64,000 nucleotides of DNA from Candidatus Bathyarchaeum tardum (GCA_024650005.2 CP122380.1:1760001-1824000), one strand, 5' to 3'; positions 9,425-19,782 are shown, counted from the stretch's first letter. Numbers and translations: made by a program. The notes: generated by a model not told the origin, from the sequence alone.

Positions 9425-11018
9425 AGAATTCTTCAGGTTTAGCGTTGTATTCAGCAATTACCGATGCAACATCACGGTAACTTCGAATATTGCGTCCACG
9501 CATCCATTTCAGCACGTTTTCCCGTTGTTCGATTTGCTCTACCAATTCTTTCCAGGACATCCCTCTGCGTTCGCAGATTTGGTTTAGCATTACACCGGTT
9601 TTGAAATTTGATTCATGAACATCCCCAGCAGCTTTCCAGGTAAAAGTTTCTCGATAGTCTTCATAGTCTGCGATTTCGTTAACATTTAGTACTCGACGGT
9701 ACGCGGTCATTTCACCGGTCTTTGATTGGGGTAAATGCACTCGTTGAATGGATACAACAATATTCATCAGGGACATGTATGCAGGTGCGATATCCATTGG
9801 TTTTTGGATCAAACGTTTTACAGCAGATTCTACCGAGTCTGCGTGCATCGTAGCCATACCACCGTGGCCAGTTGCCAAGGCTTGGAAGAGGGTATAGGCT
9901 TCGCTGCCTCGAATTTCTCCGACCATGATTAAGTCGGGACGATGCCGCATCGCAGTTTTGACCAAATCGAAAAGAGTGACTTCTCCAGTCAAGCTTTCTC
10001 CTAGACCGTAACTTCTCCTAGCAATCAGTGATACCCAGTTTTCGTGAGGCATGTTAAGTTCGGCGGTTTCTTCAATTGTGATGATTTTGCTTCCCGGTTT
10101 GACCAGACAAGCAACTGCATTCAAGAAAGTTGTTTTACCTGAAGCGGTTCCCCCCAAAACCATCAAAGAGGCACGGTTTTCTAGACAAGTCCAGAAATAT
10201 GCGGCCATCTTTTCAGAAAGGGTACCAAGGTTAATCAGGTCAATGATTGAATATGGATCGTCACGGAATTTTCGGATAGTGAAAGCAGTTCCAAAGGGAG
10301 TTACTTCCCGGCGGTAACAGACAGCAAGCCGGTGTTTTCCAGGCAAAGAAGCGTCAACAATTGGGAAAGCGGAGCTGACGTGTTTTCCAGCCATGTGGAC
10401 TAGTTTTACTACGGCGTCGTCGACTTCTTGGTCGTCATGGAAAATCAGGTTTGTTTCAAGGTTTTCGTATCTTCGGTGCCATATGTATACGGGTTTTTCA
10501 ACACCGTCACAGGAAATATCTTCGATGTTAGGGTCACGCATCAATGCGTCGATTCTGCCAAAACCGACTAGATTTCGTTGGGCATGATACAAAATTTTTG
10601 ACCAAGAAACGTCAGGCAACCAACCTAGACTGATTCGGTATTTTCCAACTATTTTTTCAGCTTCATTAACGAAAAATTGTCTTGGGTCTTCAATTTCTGC
10701 TTCAGGGGAAGCAATTTCAGCTAGAAGAATTTCTAAGATTCGATCGTAAATATTCTTTTCAAGTATGTCAAGGCGGAGTTCGTCTAGAATGTATTTAAAT
10801 TCCCCAGTTACAGGGTTTTTTGCAATTGCAGCATGAGCAAAAGGTTCGTAAAGCGGGTAACGTTCAACAATTCTGTACCCTTTAGGCAAAGGCTTAGGTG
10901 GAGCGGAAGGAGGAGTTGCTGTGACTTTTGCTGACTTTTTGAAAATCTTGCCAGGTGACTTTAATGCTGCTGATATTCTCTCGTTAAAACTCTTGATCCT
11001 CTGCATCGGATTCGCCAA
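9381..11018 (-). CDS. Type IV pilus assembly ATPase (VirB11/TadA/FlaI family)
   Basis: Walker A GGTASGKTT, ITIEETAEL, MRHRPDLIMVGEIRG, TGHGGMATMHA. Confidence 0.95.
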   Translation of the reverse strand: MANPMQRIKSFNERISAALKSPGKIFKKSAKVTATPPSAPPKPLPKGYRIVERYPLYEPFAHAAIAKNPVTGEFKYILDELRLDILEKNIYDRILEILLAEIASPEAEIEDPRQFFVNEAEKIVGKYRISLGWLPDVSWSKILYHAQRNLVGFGRIDALMRDPNIEDISCDGVEKPVYIWHRRYENLETNLIFHDDQEVDDAVVKLVHMAGKHVSSAFPIVDASLPGKHRLAVCYRREVTPFGTAFTIRKFRDDPYSIIDLINLGTLSEKMAAYFWTCLENRASLMVLGGTASGKTTFLNAVACLVKPGSKIITIEETAELNMPHENWVSLIARRSYGLGESLTGEVTLFDLVKTAMRHRPDLIMVGEIRGSEAYTLFQALATGHGGMATMHADSVESAVKRLIQKPMDIAPAYMSLMNIVVSIQRVHLPQSKTGEMTAYRRVLNVNEIADYEDYRETFTWKAAGDVHESNFKTGVMLNQICERRGMSWKELVEQIEQRENVLKWMRGRNIRSYRDVASVIAEYNAKPEEFYEKEVLASATAKNT

Positions 11019-11040
11019 TACTTAAAAAAACACACCTAAG

Positions 11041-11073
11041 TATTAAATCTTATGTCTTACTAAATCGTAGTAA
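11041..11073 (-). promoter_or_regulatory. Putative TATA box and upstream inverted repeat for the pilus operon
   Basis: TTTAATA on the minus strand about 24-30 nt upstream of TTG 11018; perfect inverted repeat TTACTA-N5-TAGTAA at 11057-11073. Confidence 0.5.
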
Positions 11074-11346
11074 TGATTAATTTACAGCATTTTTCAACAA
11101 ATCAATAAAAACACAACAAAATACTAAACAATTCAAAACAACAAACAACTATGAAAATTCAAAGCTAAAAGACATAGTCTGTATCAAGACATTACATACA
11201 AAATCTATATCAAAAGCCATAAAAAGTGAAATCAAGATTTTTTCAGTTGCGTATCAACTTTATAAATGTTACAAGCAGTTTTTATTTAAAAATACCTTTG
11301 AAGGTAGCAAGTCATTTGTTGCTAGGTACAACTATGAGGGTTAAGA

Positions 11347-12423
11347 TTGGCTAATAACAACGACAACCAAGTTTTCAGCATCCAGACAATCAATCTGACT
11401 AAGAGATTTGCGAAGAAAAAACACAAAGGTGTTCTTGGCTTTTTAAGGAAAAACCAGTTAGGCGCAGGACAAAAAGAAAGCAATAACGTCACAGTTGCAT
11501 TAAACGGGATTAACCTTAAAATTCGTCCAGGCGAATTGTTTGGCCTTTTAGGTCCAAATGGTTCAGGGAAAACTACTACAATAAAGTGTTTATCGACTAT
11601 TTTGATCCCAGATAATGGCACAGCTAGGGTCAACGGTTTTGATGTCCTAAAAGAAACTTCTCAGGTTCGGGCAAGCCTGGGGATGGTCGTTGGGGGAGAA
11701 CGTACATTGTATTGGAAGCTTACAGCACGGGATAATTTGTTGTTTTTTGCTTCCCTGTACAAAATGAAAAGGAGTTACGCTAAAAAACGTGTTAACGAGC
11801 TTTTAGAAACCTTCGAGTTGTCTGACCGAGCAGATGAGCGCCTTGAAGACTATAGCACAGGCATGAGACAAAAGGTCACTATTGCCCGAGCGTTGTTGCA
11901 TGATCCTCCGATTTTGTTATTGGATGAGCCTACCTTGGGTTTGGATCCAGGTTTTTCTCGGCAGCTACGCAAACAGATTAAAGAACTTTCAGAACAGCAA
12001 GGAAAAACTGTGCTTTTGACTACCCATTACATGGACGAAGCTGATCAACTGTGTGACCGTGTAGCATTCATTAATCAGGGAAACATCGTCGCAGTGGATA
12101 CTCCGGATAAGCTCAAAGCAATGGTGAAAGAAAGAGAAATTGTGGAAGTAACAGTTTACAGTCCCCCTGCTGATATTGAAGATTATCTCGGTTCGTTGTT
12201 GCCTGATTCAGAAGTTGTTAAGCTTGTTGTCGGCAACGAAAGTTGTCCTTCTAGAATCAAGGTAATTGGAGGAACAGCCGAAGAGCATATTGGAATAATC
12301 ATTGATGCCCTCCGGGCGAAGAATGTTCGCATAGGGGGATTGAATGTGGGGGTACCTACGTTAGAAGATGTTTTTATCAAGCTAACAGGAGCAAAGCTTT
12401 CGGAGGCAAAATGCAATAAATGA
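11347..12423 (+). CDS. ABC-2 type exporter ATP-binding subunit
   Basis: GPNGSGKTT, YSTGMRQK signature, LLLDEPT, TTHYMDEA; DrrA-like C-terminal PTLEDVF. Confidence 0.95.
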   Translation: MANNNDNQVFSIQTINLTKRFAKKKHKGVLGFLRKNQLGAGQKESNNVTVALNGINLKIRPGELFGLLGPNGSGKTTTIKCLSTILIPDNGTARVNGFDVLKETSQVRASLGMVVGGERTLYWKLTARDNLLFFASLYKMKRSYAKKRVNELLETFELSDRADERLEDYSTGMRQKVTIARALLHDPPILLLDEPTLGLDPGFSRQLRKQIKELSEQQGKTVLLTTHYMDEADQLCDRVAFINQGNIVAVDTPDKLKAMVKEREIVEVTVYSPPADIEDYLGSLLPDSEVVKLVVGNESCPSRIKVIGGTAEEHIGIIIDALRAKNVRIGGLNVGVPTLEDVFIKLTGAKLSEAKCNK

Positions 12424-13274
12424 TTTCAACCGTTTATGAACGGTCACCTTTTCGAAGCAATATGTATGTTGTTTGGAACGAATTCAAAAAAAACATAAAG
12501 TTCCTGATGGCATATCCAGTCATTTTTGTGTTTTGGGCAGTTTTTCCAATTTTTTGGTTTATTCCGTTTATTCTTCAGGGACAAGCCTTTGTAGGAGGTT
12601 TAGAAAGTGCAAATTTCGGGTTGGTTGCAGGAACTACAGAATTTATTCCATTCATTGTGATTGGAGCAATTTTGAACAGTTACGTTAACACACTATTGTA
12701 TGGAGTAGGAGAAAGCATAAGACGGGAAGCCATCCAAGGAACCCTTGATTACGTGTTCGCAGCGCCTACTAACAAGGCCTTTGTGTTAATAGGAAAAGCC
12801 CTAAGCGAAAGCGTGTCCAGCACAATGTTTGCTGCAAGCCAACTTACCATTTCTGTGATTTTGTTTGGAATGACCATAACCGTGGGAGTGCTGCTTCCTG
12901 TGTTTTTAATAGTTATTCTGTTGATTCTTGGATTATACGGATTGTCGTTAGTGTTGGCAGCGGTTTCCCTTTTGTACAAACAGTCCCATGACGTTTCAGA
13001 AACAATCGGATACGTTTTTTACGTATTTTCTCCAGTGCGTTACCCCATCGAGAGCCTGCCAAGTTGGGCACAAGTTGTGGGAAAACTAATTCCGCTTACG
13101 TATGCCCTGATTATTGTCCGAAGCATCATGCTGATTGGAACTCCTCTTTCAGCAATGTACTTTGAGGTTTTGATGCTATTAATTATCGACGCAGTTTTGA
13201 TTCTCGCAGGTTTTTACATGTTTAATTGGATGGAAAACAAAACAAAGAGGTCCGGAACAATCAGCCATTTCTGA
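12420..13274 (+). CDS. ABC-2 type exporter permease
   Basis: Six TMs, REAIQGTLD and YPIESLPSWAQ..IPLTY motifs; ATGA-type coupling to the ATPase gene. Confidence 0.9.
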   Translation: MISTVYERSPFRSNMYVVWNEFKKNIKFLMAYPVIFVFWAVFPIFWFIPFILQGQAFVGGLESANFGLVAGTTEFIPFIVIGAILNSYVNTLLYGVGESIRREAIQGTLDYVFAAPTNKAFVLIGKALSESVSSTMFAASQLTISVILFGMTITVGVLLPVFLIVILLILGLYGLSLVLAAVSLLYKQSHDVSETIGYVFYVFSPVRYPIESLPSWAQVVGKLIPLTYALIIVRSIMLIGTPLSAMYFEVLMLLIIDAVLILAGFYMFNWMENKTKRSGTISHF

Positions 13275-13284
13275 GGAGAAAAAA

Positions 13285-14178
13285 TTGAAGAAAACTGATA
13301 AAAAATACCAGTTACGGAAACTGAACTGCCCTACGGGTTATACTTGGGCAAACTTGAGGGCTGAATTACGGGCTATTTGGGAAGCTAACGTTAAAGCGTG
13401 GAAAATTGATTTCGCGTATCCCATAAGTTTTGTTCGTCAACTGGTTTCTCCGGTTGTTTTCATGTTACCGTACCTGCTGTATGGGTTAGTTTTAATTGGG
13501 GGACGATACAGCGAAAATTTGGCACAACTAGTAGGAACAGGAGACGCTGTTGCTTTCATTTTCACGGGCTACATCATGATGGGATTCATCGGAACAGCAG
13601 TTTGGGCTATGGGTTTTAGCATGAGACGGGAACAATGGTTTGGAACTTTAGAATCAATCTATGTTACTCCTGCCAGCCGTTTGGGGCAAGTTTTGGGTAT
13701 GGCTATTCACAGTACTATTCATCAGGGCATGGGCACGTTATTGCAGTTCATTTTTATTTACGTCACCTTTGGGCTAACATTGAAAATGTCAGGAATCTTC
13801 CCAGCCCTAGGAATTTTTGCCCTGATGATGCTAGCGTTGTATGGGTTTGGGATAGTAATTGCTGCGTTAAGTTTAATCTTAAAAGAAGGTTGGATAGTCT
13901 CTGACAGCTTCTACAGTATCATGTCCATTTTGTCACCAGTTGCTTACCCGTTAACTGTGCTTCCTACTTTAGCCCAGCAAGCAAGCGCAATATTTCCAAC
14001 CACGCCGGCGTTGATTGGGATGCGAACTTTTCTGATAACAGATTATGTTCCAGAAGTTGTAGGAAACGTGTTTTTACACCTGATAATTTTGTGTCTGGTA
14101 TGGATTTTGTTTGGAGTTTTCATTTTTCATATAACCGACAAATATGTAAGAAAGAAAGGATTGCTCAAAAAATTCTGA
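13285..14178 (+). CDS. ABC-2 type exporter permease
   Basis: REQWFGTLESIYVTP and YPLTVLP motifs; paralog of the upstream permease. Confidence 0.9.
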   Translation: MKKTDKKYQLRKLNCPTGYTWANLRAELRAIWEANVKAWKIDFAYPISFVRQLVSPVVFMLPYLLYGLVLIGGRYSENLAQLVGTGDAVAFIFTGYIMMGFIGTAVWAMGFSMRREQWFGTLESIYVTPASRLGQVLGMAIHSTIHQGMGTLLQFIFIYVTFGLTLKMSGIFPALGIFALMMLALYGFGIVIAALSLILKEGWIVSDSFYSIMSILSPVAYPLTVLPTLAQQASAIFPTTPALIGMRTFLITDYVPEVVGNVFLHLIILCLVWILFGVFIFHITDKYVRKKGLLKKF

Positions 14179-14775
14179 GTGAAACAGGTGTTTTTGTTGT
14201 TATATGTTTGTTACACAAAAAAGAATAACGTCTGGTTTGGTGCAGCGACACAGAAAAACCAAGTTGTGGCTACTTGCTTGTCTACTGGAAAACCTGATTT
14301 GAAGCGGTTACTGAAAAGGCTACCTCGGGATACTGCATTTCATGTTACAGACAATCCTGATCAAAATCTAATAGATGTTTTGAAAAGCTTACATGAAGTC
14401 TTTAATGGTAAAAATTGGAAATTACATGGTTTTGGTGTAGATATTAATCGCCTTTCTGCTTACTCCCAAAAGGTGCTTAACTGCACGGCGTTAATTCCTG
14501 TTGGATACGTAACAACTTATGGAGGCATAGCTAAAGTGGCAGGGGGTATTGCAAGGTCGGTGGGGCGTGTTCAGGCGTCTAATCCTGTTCCGTTGTTGAT
14601 TCCGTGCCATAGGGTTGTTCAGTCTGATTTTAGTATAGGCGGTTATGGATATGGAAAACAAGTGAAAATGGAAATTCTTCAACGGGAAAACAGGGGTTAC
14701 GAAGAGTCAAAGACCATAAAAATTGGGGATAATGAGTTGGTTTTGTTCCCTGTGGAAAGGGTTAAGCAGGGATAG
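14179..14775 (+). CDS. ogt: Methylated-DNA--protein-cysteine methyltransferase
   Basis: IPVGYVTTYG..ARSVG..NPVPLLIPCHRVV active-site motif. Confidence 0.92.
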   Translation: MKQVFLLLYVCYTKKNNVWFGAATQKNQVVATCLSTGKPDLKRLLKRLPRDTAFHVTDNPDQNLIDVLKSLHEVFNGKNWKLHGFGVDINRLSAYSQKVLNCTALIPVGYVTTYGGIAKVAGGIARSVGRVQASNPVPLLIPCHRVVQSDFSIGGYGYGKQVKMEILQRENRGYEESKTIKIGDNELVLFPVERVKQG

Positions 14776-14821
14776 CTTTTAAGAGGTCAAGAATTTCATA
14801 TACCATACAAAGTTACAGGTT

Positions 14822-15367
14822 TTGTTTGGAGGAGACAGGTTGAAGCGAGGCGTGTTTGTTGGAAGGTTTCAGCCATTTCATAAAGGGCATTTAGAGTTCA
14901 TCAAAAACATCATGAAAGAAGTTAATGAACTGGTAATAGTCGTAGGCAGTGCCCAATACAGTCACAACTTTGATAATCCCTTCACGGCGGGCGAACGCAT
15001 GACCATGATTCGACAAGCCCTAGTGGAAGAAGGAATTAAACTTTCACGAATTTGGATAGTTCCAGTTCCAGACGTTCACCAACATGCTTTGTGGGTTTCC
15101 CAGTTAGTTGGATATTGCCCAAAATTTGACGTCGTCTACGCTAACGAACCGTTAACCAGCAGGTTATTTATTGAGTCAGGGTTTGAAGTGAAACCCATGC
15201 CTTTCATTAACCGAAAAGAATATTCTGCTACAGAAATTCGCCATCGCATGGTAATAAACCAAAACTGGGAAGAACTTGTCCCAAACACCACTGCAAAATT
15301 CATAAAACAAATCGACGGCGACATCAGACTCCGCGACTTGCACAAGACAGACAAAATGAACTACTAA
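14822..15367 (+). CDS. nadM: Nicotinamide-nucleotide adenylyltransferase
   Basis: GRFQPFHKGH, GSAQYSH, NPFTAGER, SATEIR motifs. True start is probably TTG 14840. Confidence 0.93.
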   Translation: MFGGDRLKRGVFVGRFQPFHKGHLEFIKNIMKEVNELVIVVGSAQYSHNFDNPFTAGERMTMIRQALVEEGIKLSRIWIVPVPDVHQHALWVSQLVGYCPKFDVVYANEPLTSRLFIESGFEVKPMPFINRKEYSATEIRHRMVINQNWEELVPNTTAKFIKQIDGDIRLRDLHKTDKMNY

Positions 15368-15654
15368 ACATGGTCTGGGCAGAAAAAAAATAAAATTCTA
15401 TTTCAGGCTAATTTCACAAAAAAGGTAAAAGATAGATTTAGGATACGTCTTGTATCAGCTTTAAAGGGCAGTAAACGTCTAGAAAAGGCGGTTGTAGTTG
15501 TTGCTGAAAAGCTGTTTAAGGTTAAAAATATAACCCCAAACCCAACTTAGGGTTGCATAGACATGCTTCCCATCTCTTCTCGTTCTGTTTTAACACCTAC
15601 AATCACTAAAAACAAATCGGGAGACTGCAACTTTAAAAGGCGTTTTGGCTACAG

Positions 15655-16485
15655 CTAATCCCACATTGGATACTCTGTTCGGAAACCTACATGCTCTAGT
15701 CCACTTAGTAGCTGACTAGTAATCTCGAATGGTTTTGAACCTCCAGCAGGTACGTTGCCAATGGTTACTGTTTCAGTTTTCAAGTCCTCATTAGTGTCCA
15801 TGTTGATGAACGTAACCTCAAACCTGCAGTTCACGGCATCTTTGTTTCCCATGTTGTCAGCAGTCCCATCCAAATAGTAGATACCGGTTTCCCTGTCGTA
15901 GTGACCCCCAACACTAAACCCTATTAGCGGAAATTCTTCTGTTGCAACTGCTTCAAACATGGAGTCTTCGAGAATTGGGTTCACCTGGTACACAGCAATT
16001 TTGAATGTTTGAATCTCACTTGTAATTGGGTCAGCGTAAGTGAACTCCTTAAGTACCCCATCTGAGAATCCAACCAATATAGCATCGACCATTTCTTTCG
16101 CATTTACCCATTGTTCTTGGAAATCTTCAGAGGCATCCATCCACACATTTAAGAAGCTTGACCAAATCCACGCCTTTTCTAGCTCTCGATTCATGATAAG
16201 CTTCATGAAAACTTCATCCGCAATAGCGACTTCATACCTTAGCTTAAGCTTGTCTGTGCCAATATTCTTCATATAAGCAGTCATACTACCAGTCGTGGTA
16301 CCTGTTATGTCAGGCATTGCTTCAGTAGTAAACTGCAGACTACTCACAGTTTCAGGTTCCTTAGGCTCAGGTTCAGCGGCAGGCACCTCAAAGGGGTAGA
16401 AAAAGACAACCCCAATACCAGCTATCGCGACTATAGCAATGATTATCGCCGCTGCAAAAGTAGTTGATATTCCCTTTTCACTCAT
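15655..16485 (-). CDS. Surface-anchored protein with class III-like signal peptide and C-terminal Ig-like domain
   Basis: MSEKG|ISTTFAAAIIIAIVAIAGIG N-terminus; C-terminal GTADNMGNKDA..IGNVPAGGSKPFEI resembles CARDB/FxLYD-type domains. Confidence 0.55.
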   Translation of the reverse strand: MSEKGISTTFAAAIIIAIVAIAGIGVVFFYPFEVPAAEPEPKEPETVSSLQFTTEAMPDITGTTTGSMTAYMKNIGTDKLKLRYEVAIADEVFMKLIMNRELEKAWIWSSFLNVWMDASEDFQEQWVNAKEMVDAILVGFSDGVLKEFTYADPITSEIQTFKIAVYQVNPILEDSMFEAVATEEFPLIGFSVGGHYDRETGIYYLDGTADNMGNKDAVNCRFEVTFINMDTNEDLKTETVTIGNVPAGGSKPFEITSQLLSGLEHVGFRTEYPMWD

Positions 16486-16938
16486 TTTGATTTACTCCCA
16501 GAGTATGCAAATATACCATAAATCCTTGTACACGAACCCCCATATTTAGGATTATAATAATAGTCTGTATTCCAGAAAACAACAGACACTTAAACTGAAA
16601 GCCGAGATACTAAATTTTGAGTTCAAAGAAGGAGCAAAGGATTAAAAATTAACCCCAAACCAGAATGTTCACTTATTTGTATTCATGTGGGTACTCAAAC
16701 TCGTTCGTTTTTTCTTTTGTTTTCTGGTTTTTTCTCTTACTGACTTACCCTCACTTGTGAAACATGCACGCACACGCGTACACCTAACAATAATTATAAT
16801 TGAATTACAGCCAATCTGTTGTTTACGCTGTAAAAATAACTAAGAACATGTGGGTAAGCTTTAGATTTTTATAATGATCTTAATCAGTTGAAAACTTTTT
16901 TAAGATGGTAATAACAAATATAATTCAGGGGAAAAATT

Positions 16939-17223
16939 TTGAAAGTTGGATGTTTAAATGGAAAAAGGGTAATAACGTCACAAGGCAAATTTTTGGGCGA
17001 AGTTGAAGATACTGAAATTAGTGTTGATGGGTGGAGTGTTACACATTTACATGTCAGTTTGGAAAAAGAAATCAGTGAAGCACTTCATTTTGAAAATCCA
17101 TTTCTAGGTTCGGTAAAAGTCCTTTTACCGGTCGCCACTGTTGATGTCGTTGGTGATGTAATCGTTCTAAATAAGACAATTGATGAACTAAAAGAGATGA
17201 AAGAGTTCAAACCACAAAAGTAA
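16939..17223 (+). CDS. PRC-barrel domain protein
   Basis: LNGKRVITSQGKFLGEVED..WSVTHL..VDVVGDVIVL pattern. Confidence 0.85.
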   Translation: MKVGCLNGKRVITSQGKFLGEVEDTEISVDGWSVTHLHVSLEKEISEALHFENPFLGSVKVLLPVATVDVVGDVIVLNKTIDELKEMKEFKPQK

Positions 17224-17267
17224 ACCAACAAACTGCTCTTTTTAGGTACTAAGATGGAGAATCAAAC

Positions 17268-17567
17268 ATGAAATTTAATGAAATAAAAGATCAGGATGTT
17301 CTCTTGCAAGGAAAAAAAATTGGTCATGTTGAAAATTTGTATTACGACCCAAAAAATTGGACGATTACTCATTTTGAAATTCGATTCACAAAAGATGCTG
17401 GCTATGAAATTTTAGGTTCAAAAATGCCAATCCGTAACATGGTAGATATTTCAGCAGTAAAAAAAGGGAAATCATGTTGTACTTTCAGAGGGTTAGAGCT
17501 TGACATGACAAAAACAGAACTGCATGAATACTTAAGACCACCATTAGATAAAAAATGCAACGATTAG
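17268..17567 (+). CDS. PRC-barrel domain protein
   Basis: GKKIGHVENLYYDPKNWTITHF pattern; GGAGA SD. Confidence 0.7.
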   Translation: MKFNEIKDQDVLLQGKKIGHVENLYYDPKNWTITHFEIRFTKDAGYEILGSKMPIRNMVDISAVKKGKSCCTFRGLELDMTKTELHEYLRPPLDKKCND

Positions 17568-17720
17568 GCTGACGTTAGAAACAGCCCAGATTTCTTTTTG
17601 CTGGAAATTTTAATAACAACGAAATTCACTAATCCAGCCAATCAAACTATAAGATCATTGGAATTTTTTACGTCTTATGTCTAAAAATTAAATCTTAACC
17701 GTTTTACCCGTTACTGTAGT

Positions 17721-18344
17721 TTATCCTTTATCCGTTCTCAACATTGCCCAATTTACGAAATTAGTTTCAGGTATGTTTGATTTGCCAATAATTTCAAAAC
17801 CAAAACGTTGATAGAATCCAACATTTTTTTCATCAATTGTTTCCAAGTAACAAGGTATTTTTTCATCGTCTAGCCTTTGAAGCATCGGTTGAATCAACCG
17901 TTTTCCGAAACCTTTATCCTGAAATTTTGGGGCTACACCAATTGTTTGTAAAAACAAATGTTTGAATGGAGTCATATCTTTGTGCACAGTGTCTAAATGA
18001 TTAATAAAATTAGTCATCTTTGAACCTCCATAGCGTCCAAAATTGAATATTTTTGATATTGGAACAGTTCGTAGTATTTTCCAAAATGTTAAAGGATAAT
18101 TTTGTGACGGTAGCCATACCACGACGCCCTCAAAATTTGGGGAGGTCCCAAAAACTTCTCCATATTTTATTCCACTATAAACAACAAAAGATAAAAAATA
18201 ATTTGTAACCTTTTCCCTTATTGGTTTTTCTGGATAGTAATATTTAAGCAGAGGATAAGTCTCAAATGCTTTTTCCAATGTTTTGACTGCGCGTTGTGCT
18301 TTGTTTCTAGTCACAACTGTAAGTTCTTCAAAAGAATTATTCAT
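17721..18344 (-). CDS. GNAT family N-acetyltransferase
   Basis: LQTIGVAPKFQDKGFGKRL acetyl-CoA motif and CYLET..NVGFYQRFGF. ATG 18344 is preferred over the ORF track start 18482. Confidence 0.9.
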   Translation of the reverse strand: MNNSFEELTVVTRNKAQRAVKTLEKAFETYPLLKYYYPEKPIREKVTNYFLSFVVYSGIKYGEVFGTSPNFEGVVVWLPSQNYPLTFWKILRTVPISKIFNFGRYGGSKMTNFINHLDTVHKDMTPFKHLFLQTIGVAPKFQDKGFGKRLIQPMLQRLDDEKIPCYLETIDEKNVGFYQRFGFEIIGKSNIPETNFVNWAMLRTDKG

Positions 18345-18607
18345 CGAATTAACACATGAAGTAAAAATGTTAAAAAGGTTTTTATCAAAAACCCTAGTTC
18401 GCTGTTTTTTATTACAATATTCCGTGGTCTGTGTAAAGGCAGGAAGTAGAGTTAAACCTGAAAAGACCACAATTTCAAACAATCCGGCTTCATGTATCTA
18501 GCACTGAAAAACCTTGGTTTATTGGGAGGTTAAAAGAAAGTTTTCAAAAAATTTTTAAACATCCAAAATAGCATTACAATGTTCATGATGTGAAGGGGGT
18601 TTAGTAA

Positions 18608-19075
18608 ATGGATTTTGCTGAATACATAATGTTCAGTTTTTGGTTTATCGTAATTCACACGGGAGCTTACACCATTGCAGGGATGATCGCTCTAAAAATT
18701 AGTGGCAATTTATACGAGGAAAAAAATAGAGTAATGGATTACCTAAGAAATATGTCTGATGAAAAAGAAAGTAAACATGTAAATAAATATTTTATTCCTG
18801 CTCAACTGATTAGAGGTTTACTATTATCAGTTGTCTTGTATCCAATCCTTGGATTATTAGGAGAAATTACTTTTCCCCTTAGATTCGCTTTTTTAAGTGG
18901 ACTAATGTTCATTTACACTGATTTTGCCAGTGCAATTCCATTCTCTAACAACATTGAAGGATTCGTATACATGAAAAAACGCTATCTGAAAATGGATTCT
19001 TTTTGGAAGCTATATCTTGAAACAATCATGTACAGCCTCATATTTGGATTTTTAGCCGCATGGTATCTATTCTAA
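18608..19075 (+). CDS. Hypothetical membrane protein
   Basis: 155-aa ORF with about 4 hydrophobic segments and a GAAGGGGG SD; no family recognised. Confidence 0.7.
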   Translation: MDFAEYIMFSFWFIVIHTGAYTIAGMIALKISGNLYEEKNRVMDYLRNMSDEKESKHVNKYFIPAQLIRGLLLSVVLYPILGLLGEITFPLRFAFLSGLMFIYTDFASAIPFSNNIEGFVYMKKRYLKMDSFWKLYLETIMYSLIFGFLAAWYLF

Positions 19076-19782
19076 ATAAGAACTATTCAAAAGTGGGATT
19101 AATAAAAAGAACAATCAGAAAACAGAAAAAAACCTGAAAGAGAACTGATAGACATCGAATAACCCACATTTTCATTTTTTAGAAAATAAAACGCTATTAT
19201 GTCTGGTCATATTGTCGGTGTCAATGTTCCAGAGCATCTCAATCAATCAAAGCATCAACACGGACTAACTCCCACTTTTCAATACGCATTCTCCAATTTC
19301 TGGTTTAAAATGAGGGAAATGCTCAACACATCCAACATTGGTCTTAAGCTCAAAACAGCCAGCATTTCAACCATGATAACCTCCATAATCCAATAAAATT
19401 TTGAAGCTTTGACAGCTACAGGCGTGACTAAAACAACAACCTTCAACGGGTTAATTGGAACCAATTTAAATTTTCAGATTTTATTCAAAAATGTTGCAAG
19501 GATTGGGTACAGAAATAAACACATACAAAAAATCTGAGAATATCAAAGCAATATACAAGATAAGGGCAGATGACCAAAATGACATTTAGAGCCAGATTAG
19601 TTTATATTTTAAATAATTGATATTAGCAGAAAGAAATGTTAGAAGATTAACTTAATTGCACAAAAGAGGTAAACAATCGTTGAAAAATATAATGGAACTC
19701 CAAACTGCACAGCTGGAAAAACAGTTTTACTGTTTCACATTTTATCAGCCGTTGCTACTCGTGGGAGAAATCCATACCTCGC

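Noticed and set aside
1388-11018. Archaellum operon
   Set aside because: No archaellin, FlaH (RecA-like), FlaF/G or chemotaxis genes are present; only generic T4P ATPase and platform proteins.
16670-16860. Repeated CATGTGGGTA 10-mer and a 34-aa basic mini-ORF upstream of the PRC-barrel genes
   Set aside because: Only two copies about 160 bp apart with no further structure, and the ORF lacks SD or family support.
19199-19464. Short overlapping ORFs or possible gene remnant upstream of the P-type ATPase
   Set aside because: No recognisable family in any frame; left unannotated.
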